From NCBI GenBank assembly GCA_029263095.1, contig JAJCYA010000002.1, positions 32,511-96,510 of the forward strand: a stretch of DNA of 64,000 nt. The letters run 5' to 3'. Under the pieces are notes generated by a model. It did no database searches. It was not told the DNA's origin and saw only the letters and a program-made list of their open reading frames with translations. This document shows positions 40,158 through 48,455 of this stretch, piece after piece (position 1 is the first letter of the stretch; every line of letters starts with the position of its first letter). This DNA is from Acidimicrobiia bacterium (GTDB lineage: Bacteria; Actinomycetota; Acidimicrobiia; Spongiisociales; UBA11373). The position numbers and the translations under genes are program-made.

Positions 40158-40481
40158 TCAGGGCTTCCGGGTGGAGTCGTTCGGCGCATCGACGATCGTG
40201 AGGTCGCCGACGCGGTCCACGATCAGCTGAACGGCTCTGGAGTTCGTATTGATGTCCTTGTGCGGGATAGTCATCTTGATTACGCGGGCCGCTCTTCGAA
40301 TCTCTTCAGACCCTATGTTCTCCGAGAGTGACTTGTCTTTCTCGACCAGTTCCCGGGCCTGCTCGGGTGTGAGGTCCTCGGCCTTGTTGGCGGCGTAGAG
40401 ACCAATGACCCGTCTGTCCATCTCTGTGAGATCGAACTCGACGCTGAGCCGACGTTGATTCTGCTTTCGCTCCTCTGACAT
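40158..40481 (-). CDS. Small protein (107-111 aa) with a possible ribbon-helix-helix-like N-terminus, in an operon with the radical-SAM gene
   Basis: A strong SD GAGGAG lies 5 nt upstream of the ATG at 40481. The alternative GTG at 40493 overlaps the rSAM stop. RRLSVEFDLTEMDRRVIGLYA is a beta-strand-helix pattern. Confidence 0.55.
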   Translation of the reverse strand: MSEERKQNQRRLSVEFDLTEMDRRVIGLYAANKAEDLTPEQARELVEKDKSLSENIGSEEIRRAARVIKMTIPHKDINTNSRAVQLIVDRVGDLTIVDAPNDSTRKP

Positions 40482-40489
40482 TGCGCTCC

Positions 40490-42445
40490 TCACACCGTTT
40501 CGCGCCAGACGATTAGGTAGCTCTTGTCAAGCTCCTCGTATCGGCGTGCGACGTTGTCTCGAACCGTCTCAAGCTTACCGCCCGAGATCCCATGTACTAC
40601 TGGAACGATCTCTTCGAACAGGAGCTTCCCCGCCGCGAGCTCCAACAGCAGGCCATCGGTGGGCGAGAGCTTCAGGAGGCCTCGGTGTGATCGAACTGCC
40701 AACCCACCGTGGTCGGGGGCCGTGGTGAGCTTGACGGTCCTCACGGGCTGAAGGCGCTCGAGGCCCAGATCCGCGGCTTGTCTGAAGTCGATCCCCGTGT
40801 GCGCTGCCTGTGGGGCGAACCAATTGACTAAGGATTCGTGGCTCTGAAGCTCTTCATACCACTCGGTGGAGATCCCGTGCGCGTAGTAGGCCCACATGTG
40901 AGCGTCGATAGTCTCGTTGGGTAGGTCCGGCAGAAGCTCCGACATTGTCGCATCGACACGTCGGTCAAACTCGCTCCCCGCCGAGAGGATATCGGTCTTC
41001 GAGAGAGATTCGGTGCGACAGAACACGTGCTCGCAGTCTCGACCAGTGACTGCCAGGGGGTCGAGGATCTGAACCCCGTAACGTTCAGGCGTCTCCGCCA
41101 TCGGCGTGCTGGTGTATGGAGTGAAGAAGGCACCAGATACCGATGTCATGCCAGGCGCCATCCGAAGAAGCGAGTCTGCCACCTCGAAGGTCTCGTGGAG
41201 AGTCTGGGCCGATTCAAGCGCGCCCCCGATGATGAAGTTCGCGTGGAGAGAGAGCAGTCCTGCATCTCGGGCAGCCTCTGCAACATCGAACAGCTGCCGG
41301 TTGGTGGTCTTCTTGTTGTAACTCCGCAGAACCATTTCGGAACCGGATTCCGCTCCAATCTGGAGACGGATAAGGCCGGCGGCGACCATCTTCGGCAGCA
41401 GATCCACGTTTCGCTCTCTCGAGAGCACGTCAACCCGTGCCAGGCAGAACCACTTCACTGCGCCGTCGTACCGTTCGATTAGGCCATCGCAGAACTGGCG
41501 AAGACGGCCCGCAGATGCGGCGAAGTGGTCGTCGTTGATCGCTATGTAGTTTGCTCCTAGGCCTACCAAGTAATCGAACTCCTCCAAGCAGCGTTCCACC
41601 GAATGCATCCTGAAGTTCTTCAGCCCGGCTTCGAGCCCCTCGTAGCAAAAGGCGCACCGGGCGGGGCAGCCGCGGCCAGTGATCATTGCCGGTGCGGATG
41701 AGTCGAATGGCTCGAGCGCCAGTTTCTTCCGATCGGGGATTCCAAGAGTGTCGAGGTTCTCGATGATGCGCCGCACAGGGTTGGTTACAAGCGAGCCATC
41801 GGATGCACGGAATACCAACCCCGCGCAACCTTCAAGTTCGCGGGGCCTAAGCGTCTTCATCTCAAGTAACTCGAGGAATGTCTCCTCACCGTCACCGAAC
41901 ACTCCGATGTCCGCTCCGATCAGCCGATCCATCGTCTCAACGGGTGCAGCGGTGATCTGGGGACCTCCAACGACAATGGACACTCCCGGGCACCGATCTT
42001 TGATGGCCGGAAGGATTCGCCGGACGTCCCACAGATTCTCCTGATCAACGTAGAACCCAAGGACCCGGACATTCCGTTCGGTGACGGTTCGCGAAATCCG
42101 ACCAACCAAGACATCGTTAGATGAGAGTGTGTCAACCAGAACACGGTGCCCGCGATCGTGAGCGTATTGGGCAAGATAGAACAGGCCCAGTTGCATGCGT
42201 CTGAAGTGTCTCCAAAGTACCGGCGAACTCTCTACGAACACCAGAAGCGCGGCGAGGCTCTGTCCGGAGGCCAAGGTCTTAGCCCGAGTGTCGACCACCG
42301 GCTGGTCCTCCTGTGGGTTGATCGGCTCAGAAGCGCCCCACGAAGCTAGTTGAGATGTCAGAACGGTGTGGACGCCCAAGCGGAGCGAATGGTCATGTAG
42401 TCGTTCTAGGTCTGAGGCCTGGGCGCGTCGCTTGCAGGAGCGCAA
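40490..42445 (-). CDS. B12-binding-domain radical SAM enzyme (class B rSAM, 651 aa)
   Basis: N-terminal cobalamin-binding-like domain (LGLFYLAQYAHDRGHRV...GFY...VVGGPQ) and rSAM cluster motif ITGRGCPARCAFCYEG. The start is uncertain, possibly at MQLGLFY (~42199). Confidence 0.85.
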   Translation of the reverse strand: MRSCKRRAQASDLERLHDHSLRLGVHTVLTSQLASWGASEPINPQEDQPVVDTRAKTLASGQSLAALLVFVESSPVLWRHFRRMQLGLFYLAQYAHDRGHRVLVDTLSSNDVLVGRISRTVTERNVRVLGFYVDQENLWDVRRILPAIKDRCPGVSIVVGGPQITAAPVETMDRLIGADIGVFGDGEETFLELLEMKTLRPRELEGCAGLVFRASDGSLVTNPVRRIIENLDTLGIPDRKKLALEPFDSSAPAMITGRGCPARCAFCYEGLEAGLKNFRMHSVERCLEEFDYLVGLGANYIAINDDHFAASAGRLRQFCDGLIERYDGAVKWFCLARVDVLSRERNVDLLPKMVAAGLIRLQIGAESGSEMVLRSYNKKTTNRQLFDVAEAARDAGLLSLHANFIIGGALESAQTLHETFEVADSLLRMAPGMTSVSGAFFTPYTSTPMAETPERYGVQILDPLAVTGRDCEHVFCRTESLSKTDILSAGSEFDRRVDATMSELLPDLPNETIDAHMWAYYAHGISTEWYEELQSHESLVNWFAPQAAHTGIDFRQAADLGLERLQPVRTVKLTTAPDHGGLAVRSHRGLLKLSPTDGLLLELAAGKLLFEEIVPVVHGISGGKLETVRDNVARRYEELDKSYLIVWRETV

Positions 42446-42700
42446 CGAGATTGCTCAGGCGTTTGGGGACGTCGCCCGGCACCTGGCCGACCTCGACATT
42501 GACGAGATCTGGCAGGAAGCGACCGAGAAGGAGCGGTGGGTTATCGCCTCCGCCTTGCTCGACGAGATCACGGTCTACCTGGAGCACCTCGAAGTGGAGG
42601 TCTCAGGAGCACCCCCTATGAACGTCCTGCTGTCAGAAGTGGGACTGAAAGGTGGCCCAGAGGTACCCCCCACCAACTCGCTTCGCTCCCTGACTCCCCC
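42432..42700 (+). pseudogene. C-terminal ~85-codon remnant of a large serine recombinase, with no N-terminal catalytic domain
   Basis: ERNEIAQAFGDVARHLADLDIDEIWQEATEKERWVIASALLDEITVYLEHLEVEVSGAPPMNVLLSEVGLKGG matches the conserved C-terminal 'ER..LI..L...V...DHLEV...GAP.LNV...EVGLK' signature. The recognition is from memory and is not alignment-verified. Confidence 0.45.
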
Positions 42701-42757
42701 ACAAGGGTGTCGGGTTGCGGGAGGGGGGAGTGATAGGCCTGGGAGCGATTGCGCGGC

Positions 42758-42827
42758 CCCCAACGCGAATGAGTTCCGGCAAAGCCGGAACTCCCAAGGA
42801 ACGCGAAGCGTTCCCGGTGTCGGAGAG
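42758..42827. repeat. 70-bp double-hairpin repeat, copy 2
   Basis: 69/70 identical to 39804..39873. It is followed by non-tRNA sequence that forms a 7-bp terminal inverted repeat (GTGTCGG...CCGACAC). Confidence 0.8.
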
Positions 42828-42929
42828 CCTTCGGTGGGTGAGTTAGACCCCGGTTGGCGGATCAGGCAATGGACCGACACAGTGCAAGGAGGTCGCCTCC
42901 ACCACTGATCAGACAGCCGAGCGTAGAAG

Positions 42930-43952
42930 TCAGGTCTCGGCTATCACCAACGTCCAACCGCTTGCCCAACGTGGCCCGACCGCCGACAAACCGGCGGCCT
43001 CTGAACCGCCGAAACCGGAGGCCCGCAGCATCCGTTGAATGTCGCCGGAAGTCTGAGGCGTCGTCGCATTGCCCGAGAGTGAGGCCAGCAGCGCCCAATG
43101 GGCCCGGCTCGGATGCGCCAACCCGCTCTCTTCCCCGAACTTGCCCACGATGATGAGCCGCCCTCCCGGGTTCAACGAGGCGAAGAACTTGCGAAACAAA
43201 CCTTCGGTGTAGATGCCAACGTCGCAATAGACGATCGCATCGAAACCGCTCGGTAGGTCCTCGGCCATGAAGTCAAGGGTCTGGTAGCCGATGCGTCCAG
43301 CGAGGCCAGCCGCATCGGCGATCTCTTGACCTGCAGCACAGACGTTGGCGATGTCAACCACCACCGCCTCGAGGTTGGGATTGCATCGCAGCATGGCCAG
43401 CGACACGACGCCAGAGCCACCCCCGACATCCAGCAGACGTTCAGAGCCGTCGAGAGGGACGAGGTCGGCGACCTGCTCGGCGAGCGGCAAATGCACCTCG
43501 TAGAGCATCTGAGTGAACTCCGACGCACGCTTTGGATCGTCGATCATCTTGGCGAGATAGTCGGGCCGGACAAGGCCCTGCGCCTCCCAGGGAGTCCCCG
43601 GTTCAGTGAGCTGGACGGCGAGATCGCGAACTGCGGGGAACCTCTCTCGGGCCTCCCGGGCCAGGTAGGCCCAGGTCTCCGAGCTGAAGGCATCATTGAT
43701 CGCCTGGCGCGCTGCTATCGACGTCGAGTATCCGTCCGCACCTCGATCCAGCAGGCCCAGCTCGACGATCATCTCCAGCCAGGGGTGGCACCGCTCCTCG
43801 GGGACTCCCGTCGCCTTGGCGACCTCCCTGACAGTCAGGGGCCGCTCATCGAGGAGCCAGAACAGTTTGTGCTCCATGGCCGCCCCGACGGCAGCGGACG
43901 CCACGTAGCGATCGATCAGCTCAAAGATGCTGTCGGGGGTCATTGGACTCAT
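42930..43952 (-). CDS. Class I SAM-dependent O-methyltransferase (family-2 OMT with an N-terminal winged-helix dimerisation domain)
   Basis: LLDVGGGSGVVSLAML (motif I), VVVDIANV, and a C-terminal OMT fold. Confidence 0.8.
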   Translation of the reverse strand: MSPMTPDSIFELIDRYVASAAVGAAMEHKLFWLLDERPLTVREVAKATGVPEERCHPWLEMIVELGLLDRGADGYSTSIAARQAINDAFSSETWAYLAREARERFPAVRDLAVQLTEPGTPWEAQGLVRPDYLAKMIDDPKRASEFTQMLYEVHLPLAEQVADLVPLDGSERLLDVGGGSGVVSLAMLRCNPNLEAVVVDIANVCAAGQEIADAAGLAGRIGYQTLDFMAEDLPSGFDAIVYCDVGIYTEGLFRKFFASLNPGGRLIIVGKFGEESGLAHPSRAHWALLASLSGNATTPQTSGDIQRMLRASGFGGSEAAGLSAVGPRWASGWTLVIAET

Positions 43953-44000
43953 GACCTATGAGTATGACACCCGTCCACCCAAACAACCCCGGGGGTCGCC

Positions 44001-44085
<85 letters not shown>

Positions 44086-44123
44086 ACGTGGGTCCGGGAT
44101 TATACGCCCGTGACGCGGATGCT

Positions 44124-45203
44124 CTAGACGACCTTCTGAACCTCTGGGAAGTGGCATGCCACCCAGTGGTCGGGCTCGATTTCTCTCATCTCGGGGACGT
44201 CGTCCGAACACCTTGGGAACTCGGCCCTGGGACACCTGGTGTTGAAGCGACACCCGGTGGGGGGGTTGATCGGCGACGGGATGTCGCCCTCCAGGATGAT
44301 CCGGCGCCGCTCCCGCTCCACCGTCGGATCCGGAATCGGCACGGCCGACATCAGAGCGTGGGTGTAGGGGTGCATGGGCCGCTCGTAGAGGGTGTCCCGG
44401 TCGGTAACCTCGGCCATCATGCCCAGGTACATGACTCCGACGCGGTCGCAAACGTGACGGACCACCGAGAGGTCGTGGGCGATGAAGAGATAGGTGAGGC
44501 CGAACTCCTCCTGAAGGTCGCCCATGAGGTTGAGCACCTGAGCCTGAATGGAGACATCGAGGGCTGAGACCGGCTCGTCCAGAACCATGAAGGAAGGGTT
44601 GAGGGCGAGAGCCCGTGCCACTCCGATGCGCTGCCGTTGACCTCCAGAGAACTCGTGCGGATACCGGTTGGTGTGCTCGGGGTTGAGGCCAACCACTTTT
44701 AGCAACTCCTTGACACGCTCCATGCGATCGGAAGTGCTTCCGATGCCGTGAACCAGCAGAGGTTCCGCGATGATGCTCGCCACCGTCATCCGAGGGTTGA
44801 GTGATGCGTACGGGTCCTGAAAGACGATCTGGATTTCGCGTCGCAGCCTGCGCATCTGATCCTTGTTGGCCGCGGCGATATCGATGACCTCGATCGCATC
44901 CGAGGAATCCCCGTCCGGCTCGCCTCGGTACCAGACGTTGCCGGATGTCGGTTCCAGCAGCCGCAAAACGCAGCGCGCCGTGGTGGACTTGCCGCACCCC
45001 GACTCCCCGACGATTCCGAGCGTCTCACCCCGGTCGATGTGGAATGAGATGTCGGAAACAGCTTGAACGGCGGCGATCTGCTTGCGGAAGAAGATCCCCT
45101 TCGTGATCGGGAAGTTCTTGACGAGGTTCTCGACCTGCAGGAGCCTCTCCGGCGGCATCTGCACGGCGGGATCGGTCCCACGTGTCGTCGTGTCCTGTGT
45201 CAT
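44124..45203 (-). CDS. oppF: Oligopeptide/dipeptide ABC transporter ATP-binding protein (OppF-like)
   Basis: Walker [10 protein letters not shown], signature LSGGQRQR, Walker B FMVLDEP and a C-terminal oligopeptide-ABC extension. The start overlaps the oppD stop (ATGA). Confidence 0.9.
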   Translation of the reverse strand: MTQDTTTRGTDPAVQMPPERLLQVENLVKNFPITKGIFFRKQIAAVQAVSDISFHIDRGETLGIVGESGCGKSTTARCVLRLLEPTSGNVWYRGEPDGDSSDAIEVIDIAAANKDQMRRLRREIQIVFQDPYASLNPRMTVASIIAEPLLVHGIGSTSDRMERVKELLKVVGLNPEHTNRYPHEFSGGQRQRIGVARALALNPSFMVLDEPVSALDVSIQAQVLNLMGDLQEEFGLTYLFIAHDLSVVRHVCDRVGVMYLGMMAEVTDRDTLYERPMHPYTHALMSAVPIPDPTVERERRRIILEGDIPSPINPPTGCRFNTRCPRAEFPRCSDDVPEMREIEPDHWVACHFPEVQKVV

Positions 45204-46210
45204 CCGACCGGTTCTCCCTTCACACGGATCAGATCCAGGTCTGGAGCGAAATGGCACGCCACCCAATGGTCCTCAGAGATCTCACGCGGCAAGGGGGTGT
45301 CGCGGGTGCAGATCTCCTTCGCAAAGTCGCAGCGTGACCTGAATCGACACCCGTTGGGCGGATCGATCAACGATGGGGGCGCTCCCCGAATCGAGTAGAG
45401 CCGCTCCTCGCGGACCTCGTCGAGTCGGGTCATAGAACCGAGCAACCCCGCGGTGTACGGGTGCAGCGTGTCGTCGAAGATGAAATCGGTTGTGCCCCGC
45501 TCGGCCAGGCGGCCGGCGTACATCACCTGGATGTTGTCGCAGAACCCCGCAACCACACCCAGATCGTGTGTGATGAGCATCACGGCTGTGTTGCGCTCCT
45601 CCGTTAACACCAGCATCAGGTCGAGGATCTGGGCCTGAGTGGTGACATCAAGAGCGGTAGTCGGCTCGTCGGCGATGAGCAGATCCGGATCACACGACAG
45701 CCCCATGGCGATCATGACCCTTTGCCGCATACCGCCCGAAAGCTGGTGCGGATAGTCCTCCATTCGCACCTTGGGATTCGGGATGTGCACATCGTCGAGA
45801 GCCTGGATGGCGATCTCCGCTGCCGCACTCTTGCCGACCGACTGGTGGAGCATGATCGTCTCGATCAGCTGGTTCCCGATTGTGTAGACCGGGTTGAGGG
45901 CCGTCATCGGATCCTGGAAGATCATTGCGATCTGTCCGCCGCGCACCTTGCGCATTTCCTCATCCTTCAAACCGAGGAGATCCTCACCCTTGAAGGTGAT
46001 CTCTCCGGTCACTATCTCGCCGGCCGGTGGTTCGATGAGTCGCATCACTGAGAGCGCGGTCACCGACTTCCCGGAACCCGACTCTCCGACAACACCGAAC
46101 TTCTCGCCCTTGTGGATGGTGAAGCTCAACCCGTCCACGGCGCGAACGATGCCCTCCTCGGTGGAAAAGAACGTGCGAAGGTTGCTGACCTGAAGGAGTG
46201 GTTCAGACAC
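45200..46210 (-). CDS. oppD: Oligopeptide ABC transporter ATP-binding protein (OppD-like)
   Basis: [27 protein letters not shown]. Confidence 0.9.
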   Translation of the reverse strand: MSEPLLQVSNLRTFFSTEEGIVRAVDGLSFTIHKGEKFGVVGESGSGKSVTALSVMRLIEPPAGEIVTGEITFKGEDLLGLKDEEMRKVRGGQIAMIFQDPMTALNPVYTIGNQLIETIMLHQSVGKSAAAEIAIQALDDVHIPNPKVRMEDYPHQLSGGMRQRVMIAMGLSCDPDLLIADEPTTALDVTTQAQILDLMLVLTEERNTAVMLITHDLGVVAGFCDNIQVMYAGRLAERGTTDFIFDDTLHPYTAGLLGSMTRLDEVREERLYSIRGAPPSLIDPPNGCRFRSRCDFAKEICTRDTPLPREISEDHWVACHFAPDLDLIRVKGEPVG

Positions 46211-46221
46211 GAAGTGACAAC

Positions 46222-47190
46222 CTACTTCCGCTCAATCGTCTGGGTCGGGTCGAGGGCATCTCGCAAACCGTCACCCAGGAAGTTCACCGAAAGCACCGTC
46301 ACTATCAGGGCGACCGATGGGAACAGCACCAGCCACCACGCTCCGGAGCCACCCACCGCCAATCTCCCTCCGTTGGCGGCCATCTGCCCCCACGCCGGCT
46401 CCGGTGGGCGCACACCGAATCCGAGGAAGGACAGCGCCGCCTCCAGAATGATGGCCGTGCCGATCACCAGCGTGGCGTTCACGATGATCGGGCTGAGGGC
46501 GTTCGGAAGAATATGTCGGAAGATGATCCGTCGGTCTCTGGCTCCCGCAGCGCGGGCCGCTTCGACGAACTCCTTCTCCCGCAAGGAGAGAAACTCGGCA
46601 CGGACAATCCGGGCGAGCGTCCCCCACAGCAAGGTACCTAAGAGAACGGCCAGACTCAGCGCCTCCCTGCCTTGGAAGGTCTCCCGCAGCCAGGCGGCAG
46701 CCACGATGGCGACCGGAAGCAAAGGGAGGCTGAGAATCAGATCGGTAAACCGCATTAGCAGGGTGTCGATCCAGCCGCCGTAGTACCCGGCAATCGAACC
46801 GACCAGGGTTCCAAACGTGGCGACCATGAGCCCGGTGAGGACGGCGACGGTGAGGCTGGTGCGCCCCCCGTAGATGACCCGCGCCAGCACATCCTGTCCC
46901 AGTTCATCGGTTCCGAACCAATAGTCGCCGCGCGGAGACAGCAGGTTCACGATGCGGCCGCCCTCGTCCTCGAGCTGCTGGGTCGGATTCTGGAGCGGAA
47001 GCACATCGGCGAACACAGCCAGGAGCAAAATGACGCCAAGCACCACTGCGGCCAACATCGCCAGGCGGTGCCTTACAAACCGGCTCTTGAACAGTTGCCA
47101 CTGAGTGATCGGCTCGACGGTCAGACCCTCGGCCTCGATGTCGAGCGCCGAATAGGAGTTGGGATCGTCGCCGCGGGGGCGATCAGTCAT
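46222..47190 (-). CDS. oppC: Peptide ABC transporter permease (OppC/DppC-like)
   Basis: BPD_transp_1 motif EAARAAGA...IFRHILPN. Six TM helices. Confidence 0.85.
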   Translation of the reverse strand: MTDRPRGDDPNSYSALDIEAEGLTVEPITQWQLFKSRFVRHRLAMLAAVVLGVILLLAVFADVLPLQNPTQQLEDEGGRIVNLLSPRGDYWFGTDELGQDVLARVIYGGRTSLTVAVLTGLMVATFGTLVGSIAGYYGGWIDTLLMRFTDLILSLPLLPVAIVAAAWLRETFQGREALSLAVLLGTLLWGTLARIVRAEFLSLREKEFVEAARAAGARDRRIIFRHILPNALSPIIVNATLVIGTAIILEAALSFLGFGVRPPEPAWGQMAANGGRLAVGGSGAWWLVLFPSVALIVTVLSVNFLGDGLRDALDPTQTIERK

Positions 47191-48184
47191 AGCGGACCCT
47201 CGGGTCGAGCCAGCCATACGCCAGGTCTGCGAGCAGGTTCATGACCACAACCATGAACCCGATGAGCATCACGACTGCCATCACAATCGGCCAGTCGTTT
47301 AGGAAGATCGCCTGGATATAGAGGCGACCCATCCCCGGCCAAGCAAAGATCGATTCGGTGATCACGGCGCCGCCGAGAACGCCGGCGACATCCAGCGATA
47401 CCAGCGTGATTATCGGAATGAGGGCATTGCGAAGTGCGTGCTTCACTATCACGCTGCGACGCGACAACCCCTTCGCTTTGGCCGTTCGCAGGTAGTCGCT
47501 ATGCATCACCTCGAGCATGGACGCCCGCTGATACCGCGAATAGCCGGCGATCGAGATCAGGGCGATCGACGTTGCCGGAAGCACCAGGTGTTGGAGGGTG
47601 TCGCCGATGCGCGCTCCAAACGAAAGGTCGGAGTAGCTCGTGCTGTTCATGCCCGAGGTGTAGAAGAACTTGACCCCGGTCCACTGTTCTAACTTTAAGG
47701 CCAGGATGATCTGGAGTCCGATGCCGAGCACGAAGATCGGTGTCGAGAACGTGACGAACGAGAACGTCGTCGTCGCTTGATCGAAGAACGAGTACTGCTT
47801 GATGGCTTGGTAAATGCCTAAGGGAATACCGATCATCACCGCTAAGCCGAGGGCGGTGAACATGAGCCTGGCGGTGCCGCCGAGGCGGTTTAGCACAAGC
47901 TCCTGCACCTGCTGGGGGCCTTGGAAGGAACGCCCCCACGCTGTGGGGTAGTTCCAGACCTGCACGAAGTTCCCTACCCATGTGAGGTACTGCTTGGTAC
48001 CCGGCTGGTCGAGGCCGTAGAACTCGGCCATCTCCTGGATGGCCTGCTGGGTGATCCGGGGATTGGATTTGAGACGGTCCAATGGATCGCCGCCGGTGTT
48101 CTGAAGAAGCGTAAAGGTAATGATGGACAGCGCCAGAAGCGTGATCATTCCGTAGACCAGTCTCCTGATCACGTATTGGAGCAT
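47183..48184 (-). CDS. oppB: Peptide ABC transporter permease (OppB/DppB-like)
   Basis: The start MLQYVIRRL is typical of DppB/OppB. EAA-like loop LRTAKAKGLSRRSVIVKHALRNAL. Confidence 0.85.
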   Translation of the reverse strand: MLQYVIRRLVYGMITLLALSIITFTLLQNTGGDPLDRLKSNPRITQQAIQEMAEFYGLDQPGTKQYLTWVGNFVQVWNYPTAWGRSFQGPQQVQELVLNRLGGTARLMFTALGLAVMIGIPLGIYQAIKQYSFFDQATTTFSFVTFSTPIFVLGIGLQIILALKLEQWTGVKFFYTSGMNSTSYSDLSFGARIGDTLQHLVLPATSIALISIAGYSRYQRASMLEVMHSDYLRTAKAKGLSRRSVIVKHALRNALIPIITLVSLDVAGVLGGAVITESIFAWPGMGRLYIQAIFLNDWPIVMAVVMLIGFMVVVMNLLADLAYGWLDPRVRYD

Positions 48185-48395
48185 CTGTCCGCCGACCTCC
48201 TCCCGCGCCGCGCAAATCGGCCCGGCGAGTATACCGATCGAGCGACGGTCCCCCGCATAAACGCCGGTTAACTGTTTACAAGCCGACAGTTCAATCGGTC
48301 GTTCAGCCGCCCTCAGAACGACAGCCGCGCCAACACCGCTCGGCTGCCGGTCTCTAGCCGATGCGTGACCTCCCAGGCCGCCCCGACCCAAACGA

Positions 48396-48423
48396 GAAGG
48401 GGCCCGCCGAAGCGGGCCCCTTC
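48396..48423 (-). terminator. Strong GC hairpin in the oppA-oppB intergenic region, a possible intra-operon attenuating terminator
   Basis: GAAGGGGCCCGC-CGAA-GCGGGCCCCTTC, a perfect 12-bp stem. On the transcribed (-) strand it is followed by the weak U-tract UUCUCGUUUGGG. Confidence 0.35.
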
Positions 48424-48455
48424 TTCACACGTTGAAGTGTGTATCGGATTCGACC

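Noticed and set aside
42812-42877. 64-nt element with a 7-bp terminal inverted repeat (GTGTCGG...CCGACAC) that looked tRNA-like
   Set aside because: It is too short and lacks D/T-arm consensus, so it is not a tRNA. It is probably just the junction of the 70-bp repeat with unrelated sequence.
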